A program made the translations under genes and the position numbers. Below, piece after piece: positions 32,263-43,966 of a DNA stretch of 64,000 nt (its first letter is position 1; every line of letters starts with the position of its first letter). The stretch comes from Clostridia bacterium. GTDB taxonomy: Bacteria; Bacillota; Clostridia; Christensenellales; CAG-1252. The stretch is from the NCBI GenBank assembly GCA_017394805.1, contig JAFPXC010000007.1, positions 1,093-65,092 on the forward strand. The letters run 5' to 3'. A model generated the notes under the pieces. It was not told the DNA's origin and did not search any database. It saw only the letters and a program-made list of their open reading frames with translations.

Positions 32263-32904
32263 ATGATAAGCCTGAAAGTATATGACAAAACAGCAAAAGA
32301 AGTAGGCACTCTGGAAGTCAGCGAAGCGGTGTTCGGCAAAGAGTTTACCGAGAAAACCGAGTCCTTGATCCACCAAGTGGTCGTGGCGCAGTTGGCCAAT
32401 CGCCGTCAAGGCACCAAGAGCGCTTTGACTCGTACCGAGGTTTCGGGCGGCGGCCGCAAGCCCTGGAGACAAAAGGGCACCGGCAACGCTCGTCAAGGCA
32501 GCATTCGCGCTCCTCAATGGACGCACGGCGGCGTGGTGTTCGCACCCAAACCCCGCGACTTCTCGCAAAAGGTCAACAAGACCATGCGCAGAGAGGCTGT
32601 CAAGAGCGCTTTGAGCATCAAAGTCGCCGACGGCGAAATCATCGTGGTGGACAGCCTGGCGCTCAACGAAGCCAAGACCAAAGAGTTCGCGGGCATTCTC
32701 AATAACTTCGGCTTGGACGGCCGCACCTTGGTCGTCATCGCCGGCGAAGACGAGAAACTTTTCCGCGCCACCAACAATATCCCCAACGTCACCTTGATTG
32801 ACAGCGCACTTATCAACGTGTACGACATCATCGTCAACGGCAAGTGCCTCATCACCAAGGCCGCGATGGAAGCCATCGACCAAGCGTATGGCGAGGAGGA
32901 ATAA
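32263..32904 (+). CDS. rplD: 50S ribosomal protein L4
   Basis: [23 protein letters not shown]. Confidence 0.97.
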   Translation: MISLKVYDKTAKEVGTLEVSEAVFGKEFTEKTESLIHQVVVAQLANRRQGTKSALTRTEVSGGGRKPWRQKGTGNARQGSIRAPQWTHGGVVFAPKPRDFSQKVNKTMRREAVKSALSIKVADGEIIVVDSLALNEAKTKEFAGILNNFGLDGRTLVVIAGEDEKLFRATNNIPNVTLIDSALINVYDIIVNGKCLITKAAMEAIDQAYGEEE

Positions 32905-32905
32905 T

Positions 32906-33196
32906 ATGAACAGTTACGACATCATCATTCGTCCCGTCCTCTCCGAAAAGAGTTTTGACGGCATCGCAAGCAAAAGATACACCTTCATCGTCGCCCCTCA
33001 AGCCAACAAGACCGAGATCAAGAAGGCGGTGGAAGAAGTGTTCGGCGTCAAAGTCGCCAAAGTGAACACGGTCAACTACCAAGGTAAGATGAAACGTCGC
33101 GGCGCCACCCAAGGCAGACGCCCCGGCTACAAGAAAGCAATCGTCACTCTGACCGAAGACAGCAAATCGATCGAGTACTTCGAGAGCTTGAACTAA
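32906..33196 (+). CDS. rplW: 50S ribosomal protein L23
   Basis: [21 protein letters not shown]; ATG32906. Confidence 0.95.
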   Translation: MNSYDIIIRPVLSEKSFDGIASKRYTFIVAPQANKTEIKKAVEEVFGVKVAKVNTVNYQGKMKRRGATQGRRPGYKKAIVTLTEDSKSIEYFESLN

Positions 33197-33208
33197 GGGA
33201 GGTAGAAA

Positions 33209-34036
33209 ATGGCTATTAAGAAATACAAACCTACGACTGCGGCTCGCCGCAATATGTCGGTAAGCGCGTTTGACGAAATCACCAAGAAGACTCCCGAGCG
33301 TAGCTTGTTGGTGAGCTTGTCCAAGTCGGGCGGCCGCAATGCTACCGGTCGCATCACCGTTCGTCACATCGGCGGCGGCAACAGACAAAAATACAGAATC
33401 ATCGACTTCAAGCGCAACAAGGACAACATCCCCGCCAAGGTCGCGGGCATCGAGTACGATCCCAACCGCACCGCCAACATCGCTTTGTTGGTCTACGCGG
33501 ACGGTGAAAAGCGTTACATTCTCGCCCCCGTGGGCTTGAACGTCGGCGACACCGTGGTGTCGGGCGAAGACGTGGATATCAAAGTGGGCAACTGCTTGCC
33601 TTTGCGTTCCATTCCCGTCGGTACCACCGTGCACAACATCGAACTGTACGCCGGCCGCGGCGGTCAAATCGCCCGTTCCGCAGGCATCTCGGCGCAGTTG
33701 ATGGCAAAAGAAGCGAAAGGCGCAATCGTGCGTATGCCCAGCGGCGAAATGCGTTATATCCCCCTGAATTGCCGCGCTACCATCGGTATGGTCGGCAACG
33801 TGGATAGCGAAATCGTCAGCCTCGGCAAAGCCGGTCGCAAACGTCACATGGGCGTCCGTCCCACCGTCCGCGGTGTGGTTATGAACCCCTGCGATCACCC
33901 GCACGGCGGCGGCGAAGGCAAATCCCCCATCGGTATGCCCACTCCCGTCACCCCTTGGGGCAAGCCTGCTTTGGGTTATAAGACTCGTAAGAAGAAGAAG
34001 GCCAGCAACAAGATGATCATTAAGCGCATCAATTAG
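33209..34036 (+). CDS. rplB: 50S ribosomal protein L2
   Basis: [27 protein letters not shown]. Confidence 0.97.
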   Translation: MAIKKYKPTTAARRNMSVSAFDEITKKTPERSLLVSLSKSGGRNATGRITVRHIGGGNRQKYRIIDFKRNKDNIPAKVAGIEYDPNRTANIALLVYADGEKRYILAPVGLNVGDTVVSGEDVDIKVGNCLPLRSIPVGTTVHNIELYAGRGGQIARSAGISAQLMAKEAKGAIVRMPSGEMRYIPLNCRATIGMVGNVDSEIVSLGKAGRKRHMGVRPTVRGVVMNPCDHPHGGGEGKSPIGMPTPVTPWGKPALGYKTRKKKKASNKMIIKRIN

Positions 34037-34047
34037 GAGGCAATAAG

Positions 34048-34329
34048 ATGAGTAGATCCGTAAAGAAAGGACCTTATTGTGAAGAAAGGTTATTGAATAG
34101 AATCATAGCGATGAATGAGGGCAAGGCCGAAAAGAAAGTGGTCAAGACTTGGTCGCGCAGCAGTACGATCTTCCCCGACATGGTCGGTCACACCATCGCC
34201 GTGCACGACGGCCGCAAACACGTCCCCGTGTACGTCACCGAAGATATGGTCGGTTGCAAACTCGGCGAGTTCGCCCCCACCCGTACGTTCAAAGGTCACG
34301 CCGGCAGCAAGTCTGCCAGCGGCAAATAA
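34048..34329 (+). CDS. rpsS: 30S ribosomal protein S19
   Basis: [22 protein letters not shown]. Confidence 0.97.
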   Translation: MSRSVKKGPYCEERLLNRIIAMNEGKAEKKVVKTWSRSSTIFPDMVGHTIAVHDGRKHVPVYVTEDMVGCKLGEFAPTRTFKGHAGSKSASGK

Positions 34330-34340
34330 GGAGGTAGCAA

Positions 34341-34745
34341 ATGGCAACCAGAATGAGAGAAAAAGCAGAAAAGCGTAAAGCCCAACAAGCGGCGTTCAAC
34401 GCTACGCATGCCAAAGCCATTGCCCGCAACGTGCGCATTTCCCCCTTCAAAGTGAGAGTCGTCCTCGACGTCATTCGCGGTATGAGTTATGCGTCGGCGG
34501 TAGCCACCCTCAAGAACACCAACAAGGCAGCCAGCCCCGTCATTCTCAAAGTGCTGGAGTCCGCGGCGGCCAACGCCGAGAACAACAACAATTTGTCCAA
34601 GAGTGATTTGGTAGTCGCCGAGTGCTATGCGGACCAAGGTCCCACCTTGAAGCGCATCCAACCCGTCAGCAAGGGTAGAGCGCATCGCATCTTGAAGCGC
34701 ACCAGCACCATCACCATTATCCTGGCAGACGCCACGGCAGAGTAA
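34341..34745 (+). CDS. rplV: 50S ribosomal protein L22 (N-terminally extended)
   Basis: [29 protein letters not shown]. Confidence 0.96.
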   Translation: MATRMREKAEKRKAQQAAFNATHAKAIARNVRISPFKVRVVLDVIRGMSYASAVATLKNTNKAASPVILKVLESAAANAENNNNLSKSDLVVAECYADQGPTLKRIQPVSKGRAHRILKRTSTITIILADATAE

Positions 34746-34756
34746 GGAGGACTACT

Positions 34757-35515
34757 ATGGGACAAAAAGTTAATCCTAACGGTTTGAGAATCGGTGTCAA
34801 CAAAGATTGGGAAGCCAAATGGTACGCCGGCAAGCGCACCTTCAGCGACTATCTTGTGGAAGACAATCAAATTCGCAACTATATCAAGAACGTGTACAAG
34901 CCCGCTCCCTTGGTCAGAGAGACCATCGCGACCGAAGCGCCCGTACAAGACGGCGACAATCGCCCCCAACGCAAGGTGGACAACCGTCCCCGCATCAGCA
35001 AGATCGTCATCGAGCGCTGCGACCAATACATCAAGGTGAAAGTGTTCACCGGTCGTCCCGGCTTGCTCATCGGTAAGGAAGGCAGCGGCGTCACCGCCCT
35101 GACCAACCAAGTGAGGAAGATCTGCGCGGCCAACAAGCACAGCTACAAGAATTATCTCATCGAGTTCATCGCCGTCAAATCGGTGGACGCCGACGCCCAA
35201 CTGGTGGCCGAAGAGATCGCCAACCAGCTGGAAAAACGCGTGAGCTTCCGTCGTGCGATGAAGATGTGCATGAAGCGTGCTATGCAAGCGGGTGCCAAGG
35301 GTATCAAGACCATGGTCAGCGGTCGTCTGGACGGCGCCGAGATCGCCCGTACCGAGCAATACCACGAGGGTAGCATTCCTCTTCAAACTCTGCGTGCCGA
35401 CATCGACTACGGCTTTGCGGAGGCCCACACGACCTACGGTCGTATCGGCGTGAAGTGCTGGATCTACCACGGCGAAGTGTTTGCCAAGAAAGAGAAGAAA
35501 GGAGGCAATGAATAA
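34757..35515 (+). CDS. rpsC: 30S ribosomal protein S3 (with insertion)
   Basis: [25 protein letters not shown]. Confidence 0.97.
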   Translation: MGQKVNPNGLRIGVNKDWEAKWYAGKRTFSDYLVEDNQIRNYIKNVYKPAPLVRETIATEAPVQDGDNRPQRKVDNRPRISKIVIERCDQYIKVKVFTGRPGLLIGKEGSGVTALTNQVRKICAANKHSYKNYLIEFIAVKSVDADAQLVAEEIANQLEKRVSFRRAMKMCMKRAMQAGAKGIKTMVSGRLDGAEIARTEQYHEGSIPLQTLRADIDYGFAEAHTTYGRIGVKCWIYHGEVFAKKEKKGGNE

Positions 35516-35517
35516 TT

Positions 35518-35952
35518 ATGTTGATGCCTAAGAGAGTTAAGAGAAGACGTCAGGCTCGCGGTCGTATGAAAGGCGCTGCCCACAAGGGCAACAAGATCGC
35601 CTACGGCGAGTATGGCTTGGTCGCCGCCGAGTGCGGTTGGATCACCAGCAATCAAATAGAAGCGGCGCGTGTCGCTATGACCAGATTCACCAAGCGTGGC
35701 GGTCAGGTGTGGATCGATATCTTCCCCCACAAGCCCATCACCAAAAAGCCCGCCGAGACTCGTATGGGTAGCGGTAAAGGTTCGGTCGAATACTGGGTGG
35801 CCGTGGTCAAACCCGGCCGCGTGATGTTCGAAATAGCGGGCATCAGCGAGGATATCGCACGCGAAGCATTGCGCTTGGCATCGCACAAACTTCCCGTGAA
35901 GTGCAAGATCGTCAAGAAGGAAGAAATCAACGAAGAAGGCGGTGAAGAATAA
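35518..35952 (+). CDS. rplP: 50S ribosomal protein L16
   Basis: [21 protein letters not shown]. Confidence 0.97.
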   Translation: MLMPKRVKRRRQARGRMKGAAHKGNKIAYGEYGLVAAECGWITSNQIEAARVAMTRFTKRGGQVWIDIFPHKPITKKPAETRMGSGKGSVEYWVAVVKPGRVMFEIAGISEDIAREALRLASHKLPVKCKIVKKEEINEEGGEE

Positions 35953-36176
35953 TGAAAGCATCCGAATACGCAAAAATGAGCACGGCCGATTTGCAGAGCG
36001 AATTGGCCAAATTGAAGGCCCAGTTGTTCAATCTCCGTTTCCAACTGGCGGCGGGCCAACTGACCAATACGGGCTTGTTGACCTCCTGCAAAAAGGACAT
36101 TGCGAGAGTGAGCACCGTTATTCGCCAACGCGAGTTGAATATCGCCCAAGAGCCCACCGGCAAGAAGGCTAACTAG
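35952..36176 (+). CDS. rpmC: 50S ribosomal protein L29
   Basis: [23 protein letters not shown]. Confidence 0.95.
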   Translation: MKASEYAKMSTADLQSELAKLKAQLFNLRFQLAAGQLTNTGLLTSCKKDIARVSTVIRQRELNIAQEPTGKKAN

Positions 36177-36186
36177 GAGGTAGACT

Positions 36187-36447
36187 ATGGCTATCGAAAG
36201 AAATTTGAGAAAAACCAGAGTGGGTGTCGTAGTGAGTGACAAAATGGACAAAACCGTGGTCGTCGCCCTCGACGTGAAATACAAACATCCTCTCTACAAA
36301 AAGACCGTTAAAATCACCAAGAGATACAAAGCCCACGACGAGAACAACGAGTGCAAAGTCGGGGACACGGTTGAGATCGCCGAGACTCGCCGTCTGTCCG
36401 CAGACAAGAATTGGCGCGTTGTACGCATCCTCGAGAGAGCGAAGTAA
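36187..36447 (+). CDS. rpsQ: 30S ribosomal protein S17
   Basis: [26 protein letters not shown]. Confidence 0.96.
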   Translation: MAIERNLRKTRVGVVVSDKMDKTVVVALDVKYKHPLYKKTVKITKRYKAHDENNECKVGDTVEIAETRRLSADKNWRVVRILERAK

Positions 36448-36458
36448 GGAGGAGAGAT

Positions 36459-36827
36459 ATGATACAACCCCAAAGTAGATTGATTGCTGCCGACAATACC
36501 GGCGCAAAAGTATTGCAATGTATCAAAGTAATGGGCGGTTCCTTCCGCAAGTTCGGCAATATCGGCGACGTCATCGTGGCCTCCGTCAAGACCGCCACCC
36601 CCGGCGGCACGGTTAAGAAAGGCGACGTGGTCAAAGCCGTTATCGTCCGTACCACCAAAGGTATCGGCCGTCCCGACGGTTCGCACATCCGTTTCGACGA
36701 CAACGCGGCCGTCATCATCGACGCGCAAAAGCAGCCCCGCGGTACCCGCATCTTTGGACCCATCGCGCGTGAATTGAGAGATAAGGATTACATCAAAATT
36801 ATCTCTTTGGCACCCGAAGTGCTGTAA
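36459..36827 (+). CDS. rplN: 50S ribosomal protein L14
   Basis: [24 protein letters not shown]; ATG36459. Confidence 0.97.
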   Translation: MIQPQSRLIAADNTGAKVLQCIKVMGGSFRKFGNIGDVIVASVKTATPGGTVKKGDVVKAVIVRTTKGIGRPDGSHIRFDDNAAVIIDAQKQPRGTRIFGPIARELRDKDYIKIISLAPEVL

Positions 36828-36838
36828 GGAGGATCGGT

Positions 36839-37213
36839 ATGGAAATCAAGAAAGGCGACGCAGTAAAAATTATTGCAGGCAAAGATAAAGGTGCCACCGG
36901 TCAAGTCATCAAAGTGTATCCCGCCGAGAACCGCATCGTGGTGGAAGGCGTGAATATCGTCAGCAAGTGCGTGCGTGCCCGTCGTGCCAACGAAAGAGGC
37001 GGCATCGTCGAGCAACCCGCCGCATTCGACGCCAGCAACGCGATGGTCATCTGCCCCGAGTGCCACGAAGCCACCCGTTTGGGTCACCAAATCGTGGACG
37101 GCAAGAAAGTGCGCGTGTGCAAAGCGTGCGGCGCTTCCGTAGAAGCCACCAAGGGCAAATCCACCGCCAAGAAAGCGGCCAAGAAAGCCAAGAAAAAGGC
37201 CGACGAAGAGTAA
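36839..37213 (+). CDS. rplX: 50S ribosomal protein L24 (Zn-finger type, Lys-rich tail)
   Basis: KGDAVKIIAGKDKG, CPEC..CKAC. Confidence 0.95.
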   Translation: MEIKKGDAVKIIAGKDKGATGQVIKVYPAENRIVVEGVNIVSKCVRARRANERGGIVEQPAAFDASNAMVICPECHEATRLGHQIVDGKKVRVCKACGASVEATKGKSTAKKAAKKAKKKADEE

Positions 37214-37225
37214 GTGAGGTAGACT

Positions 37226-37846
37226 ATGGCAGACAAAAAGAAAGAAGCTAAGAATCAGGCCGCTAAGGGACTTGCGGCCGAGGTAAAAGCAGGCGACAAC
37301 CGCGAATACCGCTTGGTAACGCGCTACAAAGAGTACGTCGCACCCGAAATGCAAAAGAAATTCGGTTATAAGAACGTTCACCAAATCCCCCGTCTCGAGA
37401 AAATCGTGCTCAATATGGGTTTGGGCGACGTGAAGGATAACGCCAAAGCGTTCCAACAAGCCGTAGAAGAAATGACGCAGATCGCCGGTCAAAAACCCAT
37501 CATCACCCGCGCTCGCAAGAGCGTCGCGAACTTCAAAGTGCGCGAGGGTATGAACGTCGGTTGCAAGGTGACCTTGCGCGGCCCCAGAATGTACGACTTC
37601 TTGGATAAGTTGATGAACGTCGTGTTGCCCCGCGTGAGAGACTTCAAGGGCGTGCCCACCAAGTCTTTCGACGGCAGAGGCAGCTACGCGATGGGCGTCA
37701 AAGAGCAATTGATCTTCCCCGAAATCACTTACGAACAAGTGGAAAAAGTGCGCGGTATGGACATCTGCATCGTCACCACCGCCAACACCGACGAGGAAGC
37801 AAAAGAGTTGTTGGCATTGATGGGTATGCCCTTTGCTCGCAACTAA
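37226..37846 (+). CDS. rplE: 50S ribosomal protein L5 (N-terminally extended)
   Basis: [29 protein letters not shown]. Confidence 0.97.
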   Translation: MADKKKEAKNQAAKGLAAEVKAGDNREYRLVTRYKEYVAPEMQKKFGYKNVHQIPRLEKIVLNMGLGDVKDNAKAFQQAVEEMTQIAGQKPIITRARKSVANFKVREGMNVGCKVTLRGPRMYDFLDKLMNVVLPRVRDFKGVPTKSFDGRGSYAMGVKEQLIFPEITYEQVEKVRGMDICIVTTANTDEEAKELLALMGMPFARN

Positions 37847-37860
37847 TGGAGGGATAAGAT

Positions 37861-38046
37861 ATGGCAAAAACGTCTTTGAAAAACAAACAAAAGAAGGCTC
37901 CGAAGTATGCGGTACGCGGCTATACGCGTTGCAAACTGTGCGGCCGTCCCCACGCCGTGTTGCGTAAGTTCGGCATCTGCAGAGTATGCTTCAGAGAATT
38001 GGCATATAAAGGACAAATCCCCGGTGTGAAGAAATCGAGTTGGTAA
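37861..38046 (+). CDS. rpsN: 30S ribosomal protein S14, type Z (Zn-binding)
   Basis: [17 protein letters not shown]. Confidence 0.96.
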   Translation: MAKTSLKNKQKKAPKYAVRGYTRCKLCGRPHAVLRKFGICRVCFRELAYKGQIPGVKKSSW

Positions 38047-38060
38047 TTAGGAGGTAGCGT

Positions 38061-38462
38061 ATGTACGTAACGGATCCCATAGCAGATATGCTTACAAGAA
38101 TCAGAAACGCCTTGACCGCCAAACACACTGTGGTGGATATTCCCCGTTCGCGCACCAAGATCGCCGTCGCGGAGATTTTGAAGAACGAAGGTTACGTCAC
38201 CAATGTCGAATTGGTAGGCAAAGCAGACTATACCGGCGTCATTCGCATCACGTTGAAGTACGGCCCCAAGGGCGAGAAAGTCATCAACGGTCTGAAGCGC
38301 GTGAGCCGTCCCGGTTTGAGAGTGTACGCCGGCGCCGACGAACTGCCCAAAGTGTTGGGCGGCTTGGGCGTGGCCATCATCAGCACCAACAAGGGCATCA
38401 TGACCGACAAGGCGGCGCGTAGCGCCAACTTGGGCGGCGAAGTGATGGCTTACGTTTGGTAA
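38061..38462 (+). CDS. rpsH: 30S ribosomal protein S8
   Basis: [21 protein letters not shown]. Confidence 0.97.
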   Translation: MYVTDPIADMLTRIRNALTAKHTVVDIPRSRTKIAVAEILKNEGYVTNVELVGKADYTGVIRITLKYGPKGEKVINGLKRVSRPGLRVYAGADELPKVLGGLGVAIISTNKGIMTDKAARSANLGGEVMAYVW

Positions 38463-38473
38463 GGAGGTGCCCC

Positions 38474-39016
38474 ATGAGTAGAATAGGAAGATTACCTATC
38501 GTCATTCCCGCAGGCGTCACCGTCACCTTGGGCGACAACAACACCGTCACCGTCAAAGGCAGCCTCGGCACGTTGACCCGTAGCTTCGCGCCCACCATGG
38601 GCATCGAAGTGAAGGACAATCACGTGTACGTCACCCGTCAGGACGACCAAAAGAAGAACAAGGCTTTGCACGGCCTCACCCGCGTGCTCATCAACAATAT
38701 GGTGGTGGGCGTCAGCAAGGGCTACGAGAAAGTGCTGGTCGTCAACGGCGTCGGCTACAAAGTCACCGCCACGGGCGCCAACCAACTGACCTTCAACGTG
38801 GGTTATTCTCACCCCGTGGTCGTCACCGCTCCCCAAGGTATCACCTTGACCTGCAACGGTGCCGAAGTGTCGGTGAAAGGCATTGACAAAGAGTTGGTCG
38901 GTCAAACGGCCGCCAACATCAAACGCATCCGTATTCCCGATCCCTATCATCTCTACGGCATTCGCTACAAAGATGAAGTGTTGGTGAAGAAGGAAGGCAA
39001 GACTGCCGGTAAATAA
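38474..39016 (+). CDS. rplF: 50S ribosomal protein L6
   Basis: MSRIGRLPI, ALHGLTR; ATG38474. Confidence 0.96.
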   Translation: MSRIGRLPIVIPAGVTVTLGDNNTVTVKGSLGTLTRSFAPTMGIEVKDNHVYVTRQDDQKKNKALHGLTRVLINNMVVGVSKGYEKVLVVNGVGYKVTATGANQLTFNVGYSHPVVVTAPQGITLTCNGAEVSVKGIDKELVGQTAANIKRIRIPDPYHLYGIRYKDEVLVKKEGKTAGK

Positions 39017-39028
39017 GGAGAGTAGGAT

Positions 39029-39397
39029 ATGATAAGTAAAATTGATAAGAATGCCGAGCGTGTAAAGAGGCATAAGAGAATCCGCAACAGAATCTTCGGC
39101 ACCCCCGAAAGACCTCGTCTTTGCGTGTTCCGTTCGGACAAGCATATCTATGCGCAAATCATCGACGACGTCGCCGGCAAGACTTTGGCCGCCGCTTCTA
39201 CCGTCGAGAAGGAAATCGCCGCTCAAATTACCGAGATGGACAAATCCGCCGCCGCCAAGTACGTTGGAAAGGTGTTGGCCGAGAAGGCCAAGGCCGCGGG
39301 CATCGAGGAAGTCGTCTTTGACCGTGGCGGTTATCTCTACACCGGTCGTGTCGCCGCTTTGGCGGACGGCGCAAGAGAAGGCGGTTTGAATTTCTAA
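39029..39397 (+). CDS. rplR: 50S ribosomal protein L18
   Basis: [21 protein letters not shown]. Confidence 0.97.
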   Translation: MISKIDKNAERVKRHKRIRNRIFGTPERPRLCVFRSDKHIYAQIIDDVAGKTLAAASTVEKEIAAQITEMDKSAAAKYVGKVLAEKAKAAGIEEVVFDRGGYLYTGRVAALADGAREGGLNF

Positions 39398-39407
39398 GGA
39401 GGGCGCT

Positions 39408-39944
39408 ATGGCAAGACAAGAAAGATTTGCAAAACACGAGCAAAAAGACGAATTCGATAAAGTAACCATTTCGATGAACCGCGTTACCAAGGTTGTCAAG
39501 GGTGGTAAAAATACCCGTCAAGCCGCGTTGGTGTGCGTGGGTGACCACGCCGGCAAAGTCGGTTTGGGCATGGGCAAGGCCGCCGAGGCCGTGGACGCCA
39601 TCAACAAGGCCGAAACCGCCGCCAAGCGCAACGTGTTCATCATCCCCATCGTTGGCACCACCATTCCTCACGAGATCGTCGGCGAATACGGCTGCGGCAA
39701 AGTGTTGCTGATGCCCGCCGAGGAAGGTACCGGCGTCATCGCCGGCGGCCCCGTGCGTGCGGTATTGGAGATGTCCGGCATCAAGGACATCCGCGCCAAA
39801 TCCCTGGGCAGCAACAACCCCATCAACTGCGCCCGCGCCACCATCGCCGGCTTGCAAGCATTGCGCACGGCCGAGCAAATCGCGGCGCTTCGCGGTTTGA
39901 GCGTAGAAGAAGTTTCTTCGTTGACCTTGGTCGACAAGAAATAA
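39408..39944 (+). CDS. rpsE: 30S ribosomal protein S5
   Basis: [23 protein letters not shown]. Confidence 0.97.
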   Translation: MARQERFAKHEQKDEFDKVTISMNRVTKVVKGGKNTRQAALVCVGDHAGKVGLGMGKAAEAVDAINKAETAAKRNVFIIPIVGTTIPHEIVGEYGCGKVLLMPAEEGTGVIAGGPVRAVLEMSGIKDIRAKSLGSNNPINCARATIAGLQALRTAEQIAALRGLSVEEVSSLTLVDKK

Positions 39945-39955
39945 GGAGGGTACTT

Positions 39956-40138
39956 ATGGCTAAATTGAAGATTACGTTAGTCAAGAGCACCATCGGTGCA
40001 TTGGAAAAACAAAAAGCCACCGTCAAGGCGATGGGTTTCCACAAAACGGGTAGTTCCGTCGTGATGGAAGACAACGCCTGCACGCGCGGCATGATCAAAG
40101 TGGTTTCCCACCTCGTCAAGGTGGAAGACGCAGAGTAA
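39956..40138 (+). CDS. rpmD: 50S ribosomal protein L30
   Basis: KITLVKSTIG, RGMIKVVSHLV. Confidence 0.95.
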   Translation: MAKLKITLVKSTIGALEKQKATVKAMGFHKTGSSVVMEDNACTRGMIKVVSHLVKVEDAE

Positions 40139-40149
40139 GGAGGTAGACT

Positions 40150-40596
40150 ATGAAATTGAATGAAATGTCTCCCGCCCCCGGCGCAAAGAAGAGCGTAAAA
40201 AGATTGGGTAGAGGTATCGGTTCCGGTACCGGCAAAACCGCCGGCAAAGGCCACAAGGGTCAATGGGCCCGTAGCGGCGGCGGCGTGCGCCCCGGGTTCG
40301 AAGGCGGCCAAATGCCTTTGACTCGTCGCATCCCCAAGCGCGGCTTCACCAACAATTTCAAAAAAGAGTATACGACCGTTAATATCGGTGTTTTGAACGA
40401 CCTGTTCGCGGCCGGCGAAGTGGTGAACGCAGAGAGCATCGTCGAGAAAGGTCTGGTCAGCAAGATCGCGCCCTACGGCCTCAAGGTGTTGGGCGGCGGC
40501 GAATTGACCAAGGCTTTGACCGTACAAGCCAAATGCTTTACCGAAAGCGCCAAGCAAGCCATAGAAGCGGTCGGCGGCAAAGCGGAAGAGGTGTAA
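40150..40596 (+). CDS. rplO: 50S ribosomal protein L15
   Basis: [28 protein letters not shown]. Confidence 0.97.
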   Translation: MKLNEMSPAPGAKKSVKRLGRGIGSGTGKTAGKGHKGQWARSGGGVRPGFEGGQMPLTRRIPKRGFTNNFKKEYTTVNIGVLNDLFAAGEVVNAESIVEKGLVSKIAPYGLKVLGGGELTKALTVQAKCFTESAKQAIEAVGGKAEEV

Positions 40597-40600
40597 TAGT

Positions 40601-41926
40601 ATGTTCAAAACTTTGGTCAATGCCTTCGCAGAGAAGGGTATAAGGAAAAAATTATTAATCACGCTTCTTATCCTGTTGATTTACAGAATAGGTTGCTTTA
40701 TCCCTGTGCCGGGCATTAATCCGAGTGCTTTTGGTAGCCTAACCGGCGGTAACGAGTTCTTCGGCGTTTTGTCCTCTATCACGGGTGGCAGTTTGGCCAA
40801 CGGTACGTGGTTCGCCTTAGGTATATTGCCGTATATCAACGCGTCCATTATCATGCAACTTCTCACCCTCATCATTCCCGCTTTGGAGAGAATGAGCAAA
40901 GAGGGCGAAGAAGGTCGCCGCAAGATGACGCAGATCACCCGCTATATGGCCGTATTGCTCGCCGTCGTGCAAGGCGTCGGTATTACGATCATGTGGCACA
41001 ACAAATTCGGTTATATCCAACCGATGTTCGCCCTGGAAGGGCTCAACACCACTACGGGTTTGGCCTTCTCCATGATGTTCGTCATCTTCAGTTTGGTGGC
41101 AGGTAGTTGCGTGGTCATGTGGCTGTGCGACCTCATCACCGAGTTCGGCGTGGGCAACGGCGCGTCCCTCATCATCTTCGTCGGTATCTTGTCCGGCTTC
41201 ATCAGCGGCTTCATCGACGAAATGAAAGTGGTCACGGGCGACGTAGCGCAAATCTGGCGCGTCATTCTGTACCTCATCGTCGTGGTGATTGTGTTCGTGT
41301 TCATCATCTTCATAGATATGAGCCAACGCAACATTCCCGTGCAGTACGCCAAGCAGGTCAAGGGCAACAAGATGTACGGCGGCCAGAGCACCCAGATCCC
41401 CATCAAGGTCAACTCGTCCGGCGTCATGCCCATCATCTTCGCCTCGTCCTTCTTGATGTTCCCCCAACTCATCGCCAGCTTCTGGCCCGATAGTGCATTC
41501 TATGGTTGGTGGTCGCGTTATTTGGGCGTCGGCACCTGGGCGTACAGCATTTTGTTGGCATTGTTGATTTTGTTCTTCAGCTACTTCTATGCGAAGATCC
41601 AATTCAACCCCGAGGATATCTCCAAGAGCATCCAACAAAACGGCGGCTTCATTCCCGGCATTCGTCCCGGCAGACCTACGGCGGAGTACCTCAACCGTAT
41701 CAACAATCGTATCACGTTGTTCGGCGCCATCTTCCTGGCCGTTATCGCCCTTATCCCCGGTTTGGTGTTCCGTGCCATCCTCACTTCGGGCAGCGCCAGC
41801 AATTCGGGCTTGGTCAACGCCTTCTCGGCGACCGGTATGCTGATCGTCGTGAGCGTCGCTTTGGAGTTCAACACCCAACTCGAGAACGAGTTGATGATGA
41901 AGCACTACAGAGGTTTCTTGAAATAG
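40601..41926 (+). CDS. secY: preprotein translocase subunit SecY
   Basis: FALGILPYINASII, GFIPGIRPG. Confidence 0.97.
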   Translation: MFKTLVNAFAEKGIRKKLLITLLILLIYRIGCFIPVPGINPSAFGSLTGGNEFFGVLSSITGGSLANGTWFALGILPYINASIIMQLLTLIIPALERMSKEGEEGRRKMTQITRYMAVLLAVVQGVGITIMWHNKFGYIQPMFALEGLNTTTGLAFSMMFVIFSLVAGSCVVMWLCDLITEFGVGNGASLIIFVGILSGFISGFIDEMKVVTGDVAQIWRVILYLIVVVIVFVFIIFIDMSQRNIPVQYAKQVKGNKMYGGQSTQIPIKVNSSGVMPIIFASSFLMFPQLIASFWPDSAFYGWWSRYLGVGTWAYSILLALLILFFSYFYAKIQFNPEDISKSIQQNGGFIPGIRPGRPTAEYLNRINNRITLFGAIFLAVIALIPGLVFRAILTSGSASNSGLVNAFSATGMLIVVSVALEFNTQLENELMMKHYRGFLK

Positions 41927-41927
41927 T

Positions 41928-42554
41928 ATGAAGTTGATTTTCTTGGGCGCCCCCGGCGCAGGCAAAGGAACGCACGCAACGCGCGTCAAACAGGAATACA
42001 ACCTTCCTCATATCAGCACGGGAGATATCTTCCGTGCTAATATCAAGGGAGGCACCCCCTTGGGATTGTTGGCCAAGAGCTACATCGATCGCGGCGCTTT
42101 GGTGCCCGACAGCGTGGTCATCGACATCGTCAAGGATCGCTTGGCCCAAGAGGATTGCAAAAACGGCTACATTTTGGACGGGTTCCCCCGCACGGTAGCG
42201 CAGGCGGACGCCTTGTCCGCGTTCGCCGACATCGACGCCGTTATCAATTTGATATTGGACGGCGAGGTGATCGTCGAGCGCGTGGCGGGCAGACGTATGT
42301 GCGTATGCGGCGAGACCTACAACGTAGCGACGTTGGGCGGCAAGACCACTTGCGCCAAGTGCGGCAAGCCTCTCTACCAACGCGAAGACGACAATCCCGA
42401 CACCATTCGCAACCGCTTGGCCGTGTACGAAAAGGAGACCAGCCCCTTGCTCGACTACTATCGGGCGAAAGGGTTGCTCAAAGACGTGGACAGCAACGGC
42501 CTGACCGTCGAAGAAGTATACGCCAAGATCAAAGCCGTGTTGGACAACCTATGA
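41928..42554 (+). CDS. adk: adenylate kinase (Zn-lid)
   Basis: GAPGAGKGT, ILDGFPR, CVCG..CAKC lid. Confidence 0.96.
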   Translation: MKLIFLGAPGAGKGTHATRVKQEYNLPHISTGDIFRANIKGGTPLGLLAKSYIDRGALVPDSVVIDIVKDRLAQEDCKNGYILDGFPRTVAQADALSAFADIDAVINLILDGEVIVERVAGRRMCVCGETYNVATLGGKTTCAKCGKPLYQREDDNPDTIRNRLAVYEKETSPLLDYYRAKGLLKDVDSNGLTVEEVYAKIKAVLDNL

Positions 42555-43297
42555 TAAGCGTCAAAACGGATAGCGAAATCGCCAAAATGCGCGTGGCCAA
42601 CGGCATCGTGCGCGACGTGCTCAAACTGTTGGAAGAGCACGTGAAAGAGGGCGTTTCCACCGCCTATCTCGACAAGATAGCGCGCGAATATATCGAGAAG
42701 CAGGGCGCCACGCCTTCCTTCCTCGGGTACAACGGCTTCCCCGCAAGCATCTGCGCTTCGGTGGACGACGTGGTGGTGCACGGTATTCCTTCCAAACATA
42801 TCGTTCTCAAGGAAGGGCAGATCGTGGGCTTGGACGTGGGCGCTTGCATTCACGGCTTTCACGGGGACGCGGCCCGCACCTTCGCGGTAGGGCGCATCTC
42901 TCCCGAGAAGCAACGCCTGATGGACGTCACCAAAGAGTGCTTCTTCAAGGGCGTATCGGTCATGAAGGACGGCGTGCGGCTGGGAGACCTGTCCAACGCC
43001 ATTCAAGAGCACGCGGAGTCCAACGGCTATTCCGTCGTGCGGGAGTTGGTCGGTCACGGCATCGGCCGCGCCATGCACGAGGATCCGTCGGTACCCAACT
43101 ACGGCCCCGCGGGACACGGCGTAAGAATGCACGCCAACATGACCATCGCCGTCGAGCCCATGATCAACATGGGCGGCAAGGAAGTCTACACGGCCCGCGA
43201 CGGTTGGACGGTACGCACCGTGGACGGCAAGCCGTCCGCGCATTACGAAAATACCATTCTCATCACCCAAGAGGGCGTCGAGATATTGACACTGTAG
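42551..43297 (+). CDS. map: methionine aminopeptidase type I
   Basis: VVVHGIP, GHGIG..HEDP, AHYENT; ATG42551 overlaps the adk stop. Confidence 0.95.
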   Translation: MISVKTDSEIAKMRVANGIVRDVLKLLEEHVKEGVSTAYLDKIAREYIEKQGATPSFLGYNGFPASICASVDDVVVHGIPSKHIVLKEGQIVGLDVGACIHGFHGDAARTFAVGRISPEKQRLMDVTKECFFKGVSVMKDGVRLGDLSNAIQEHAESNGYSVVRELVGHGIGRAMHEDPSVPNYGPAGHGVRMHANMTIAVEPMINMGGKEVYTARDGWTVRTVDGKPSAHYENTILITQEGVEILTL

Positions 43298-43305
43298 GAG
43301 GGCGT

Positions 43306-43566
43306 ATGAAGGTAGGTAGCGTGGTGTATTCCAAGCAAGGTCGCGATAAAGACCGCGCGTACGTCGTGTGCGCCTTATCCGACAAAGAAGGCTACGTTTG
43401 GGTGGTAGACGGCGAGGTTCGCACCTTGGCCAAACCCAAAAACAAGAATACCAAGCATCTGCGGTATCGGGGCGAGGATCTGGAGGCGTTGGCCGCCAAG
43501 TTCGCCGAGGGCAAGCAGGTATTCGACAGTGAAATCAAGAGCGCCTTGCGCGCTTATGCAAAGTAG
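43306..43566 (+). CDS. KOW-domain RNA-binding protein (L14e-like, map-infA slot)
   Basis: VGSVVYSKQGRDKD..VDGEVRTLAKPKNKN. Confidence 0.85.
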   Translation: MKVGSVVYSKQGRDKDRAYVVCALSDKEGYVWVVDGEVRTLAKPKNKNTKHLRYRGEDLEALAAKFAEGKQVFDSEIKSALRAYAK

Positions 43567-43576
43567 GAGGAACGGA

Positions 43577-43801
43577 ATGTCCAAAGAAGATGTCATCGAG
43601 ATGAGCGGAAGAGTAATCGAAGTCATGGCGTACCAAAACTACAAAGTGGAATTGGAACCCAGTCATCGCGTCATCGTGGCTTACCCCTCGGGTAAGATGA
43701 GGACCAAAAGCATCAAAATAATCGAAGGCGACACCGTGCGCGTCGAGTTGAGTCCGTACGATTTGACCAAAGGTCGTATCGTGTGGCGTGACAAAAACTA
43801 A
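43577..43801 (+). CDS. infA: translation initiation factor IF-1
   Basis: MSKEDVIE, SGKMR, ELSPYDLTKGRI. Confidence 0.95.
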   Translation: MSKEDVIEMSGRVIEVMAYQNYKVELEPSHRVIVAYPSGKMRTKSIKIIEGDTVRVELSPYDLTKGRIVWRDKN

Positions 43802-43815
43802 TGGAGGAATAGGAA

Positions 43816-43932
43816 ATGAAAGTCAGACCGTCTGTGAAACCCATGTGTGGTAATTGCAAAATCATTCGTCGTCACGGCGTCGTGATGGTGATTTGCAGCA
43901 AAAATAAAAATCATAAACAAAAGCAGGGCTGA
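43816..43932 (+). CDS. rpmJ: 50S ribosomal protein L36 (not in ORF track)
   Basis: own translation: [38 protein letters not shown]. Confidence 0.96.
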   Translation: MKVRPSVKPMCGNCKIIRRHGVVMVICSKNKNHKQKQG

Positions 43933-43937
43933 TTTGG

Positions 43938-43966
43938 TTGTCAAAAACCAAATAGTGTGCTACAAT
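43938..43966 (+). promoter_or_regulatory. internal sigmaA promoter for rpsM-rplQ
   Basis: TTGTCA-N17-TACAAT with extended TG; hairpin leader at 43997-44038. Confidence 0.7.

Noticed and set aside
42155-42550. Apparent N-terminal extensions in the ORF track (map 42155, dusB 3658, CPBP 52639, secG 103, glyQS 51073, SSS 28838)
   Set aside because: They overlap upstream genes, promoters or the T-box; downstream starts have RBSs or ATGA coupling and give normal protein lengths.
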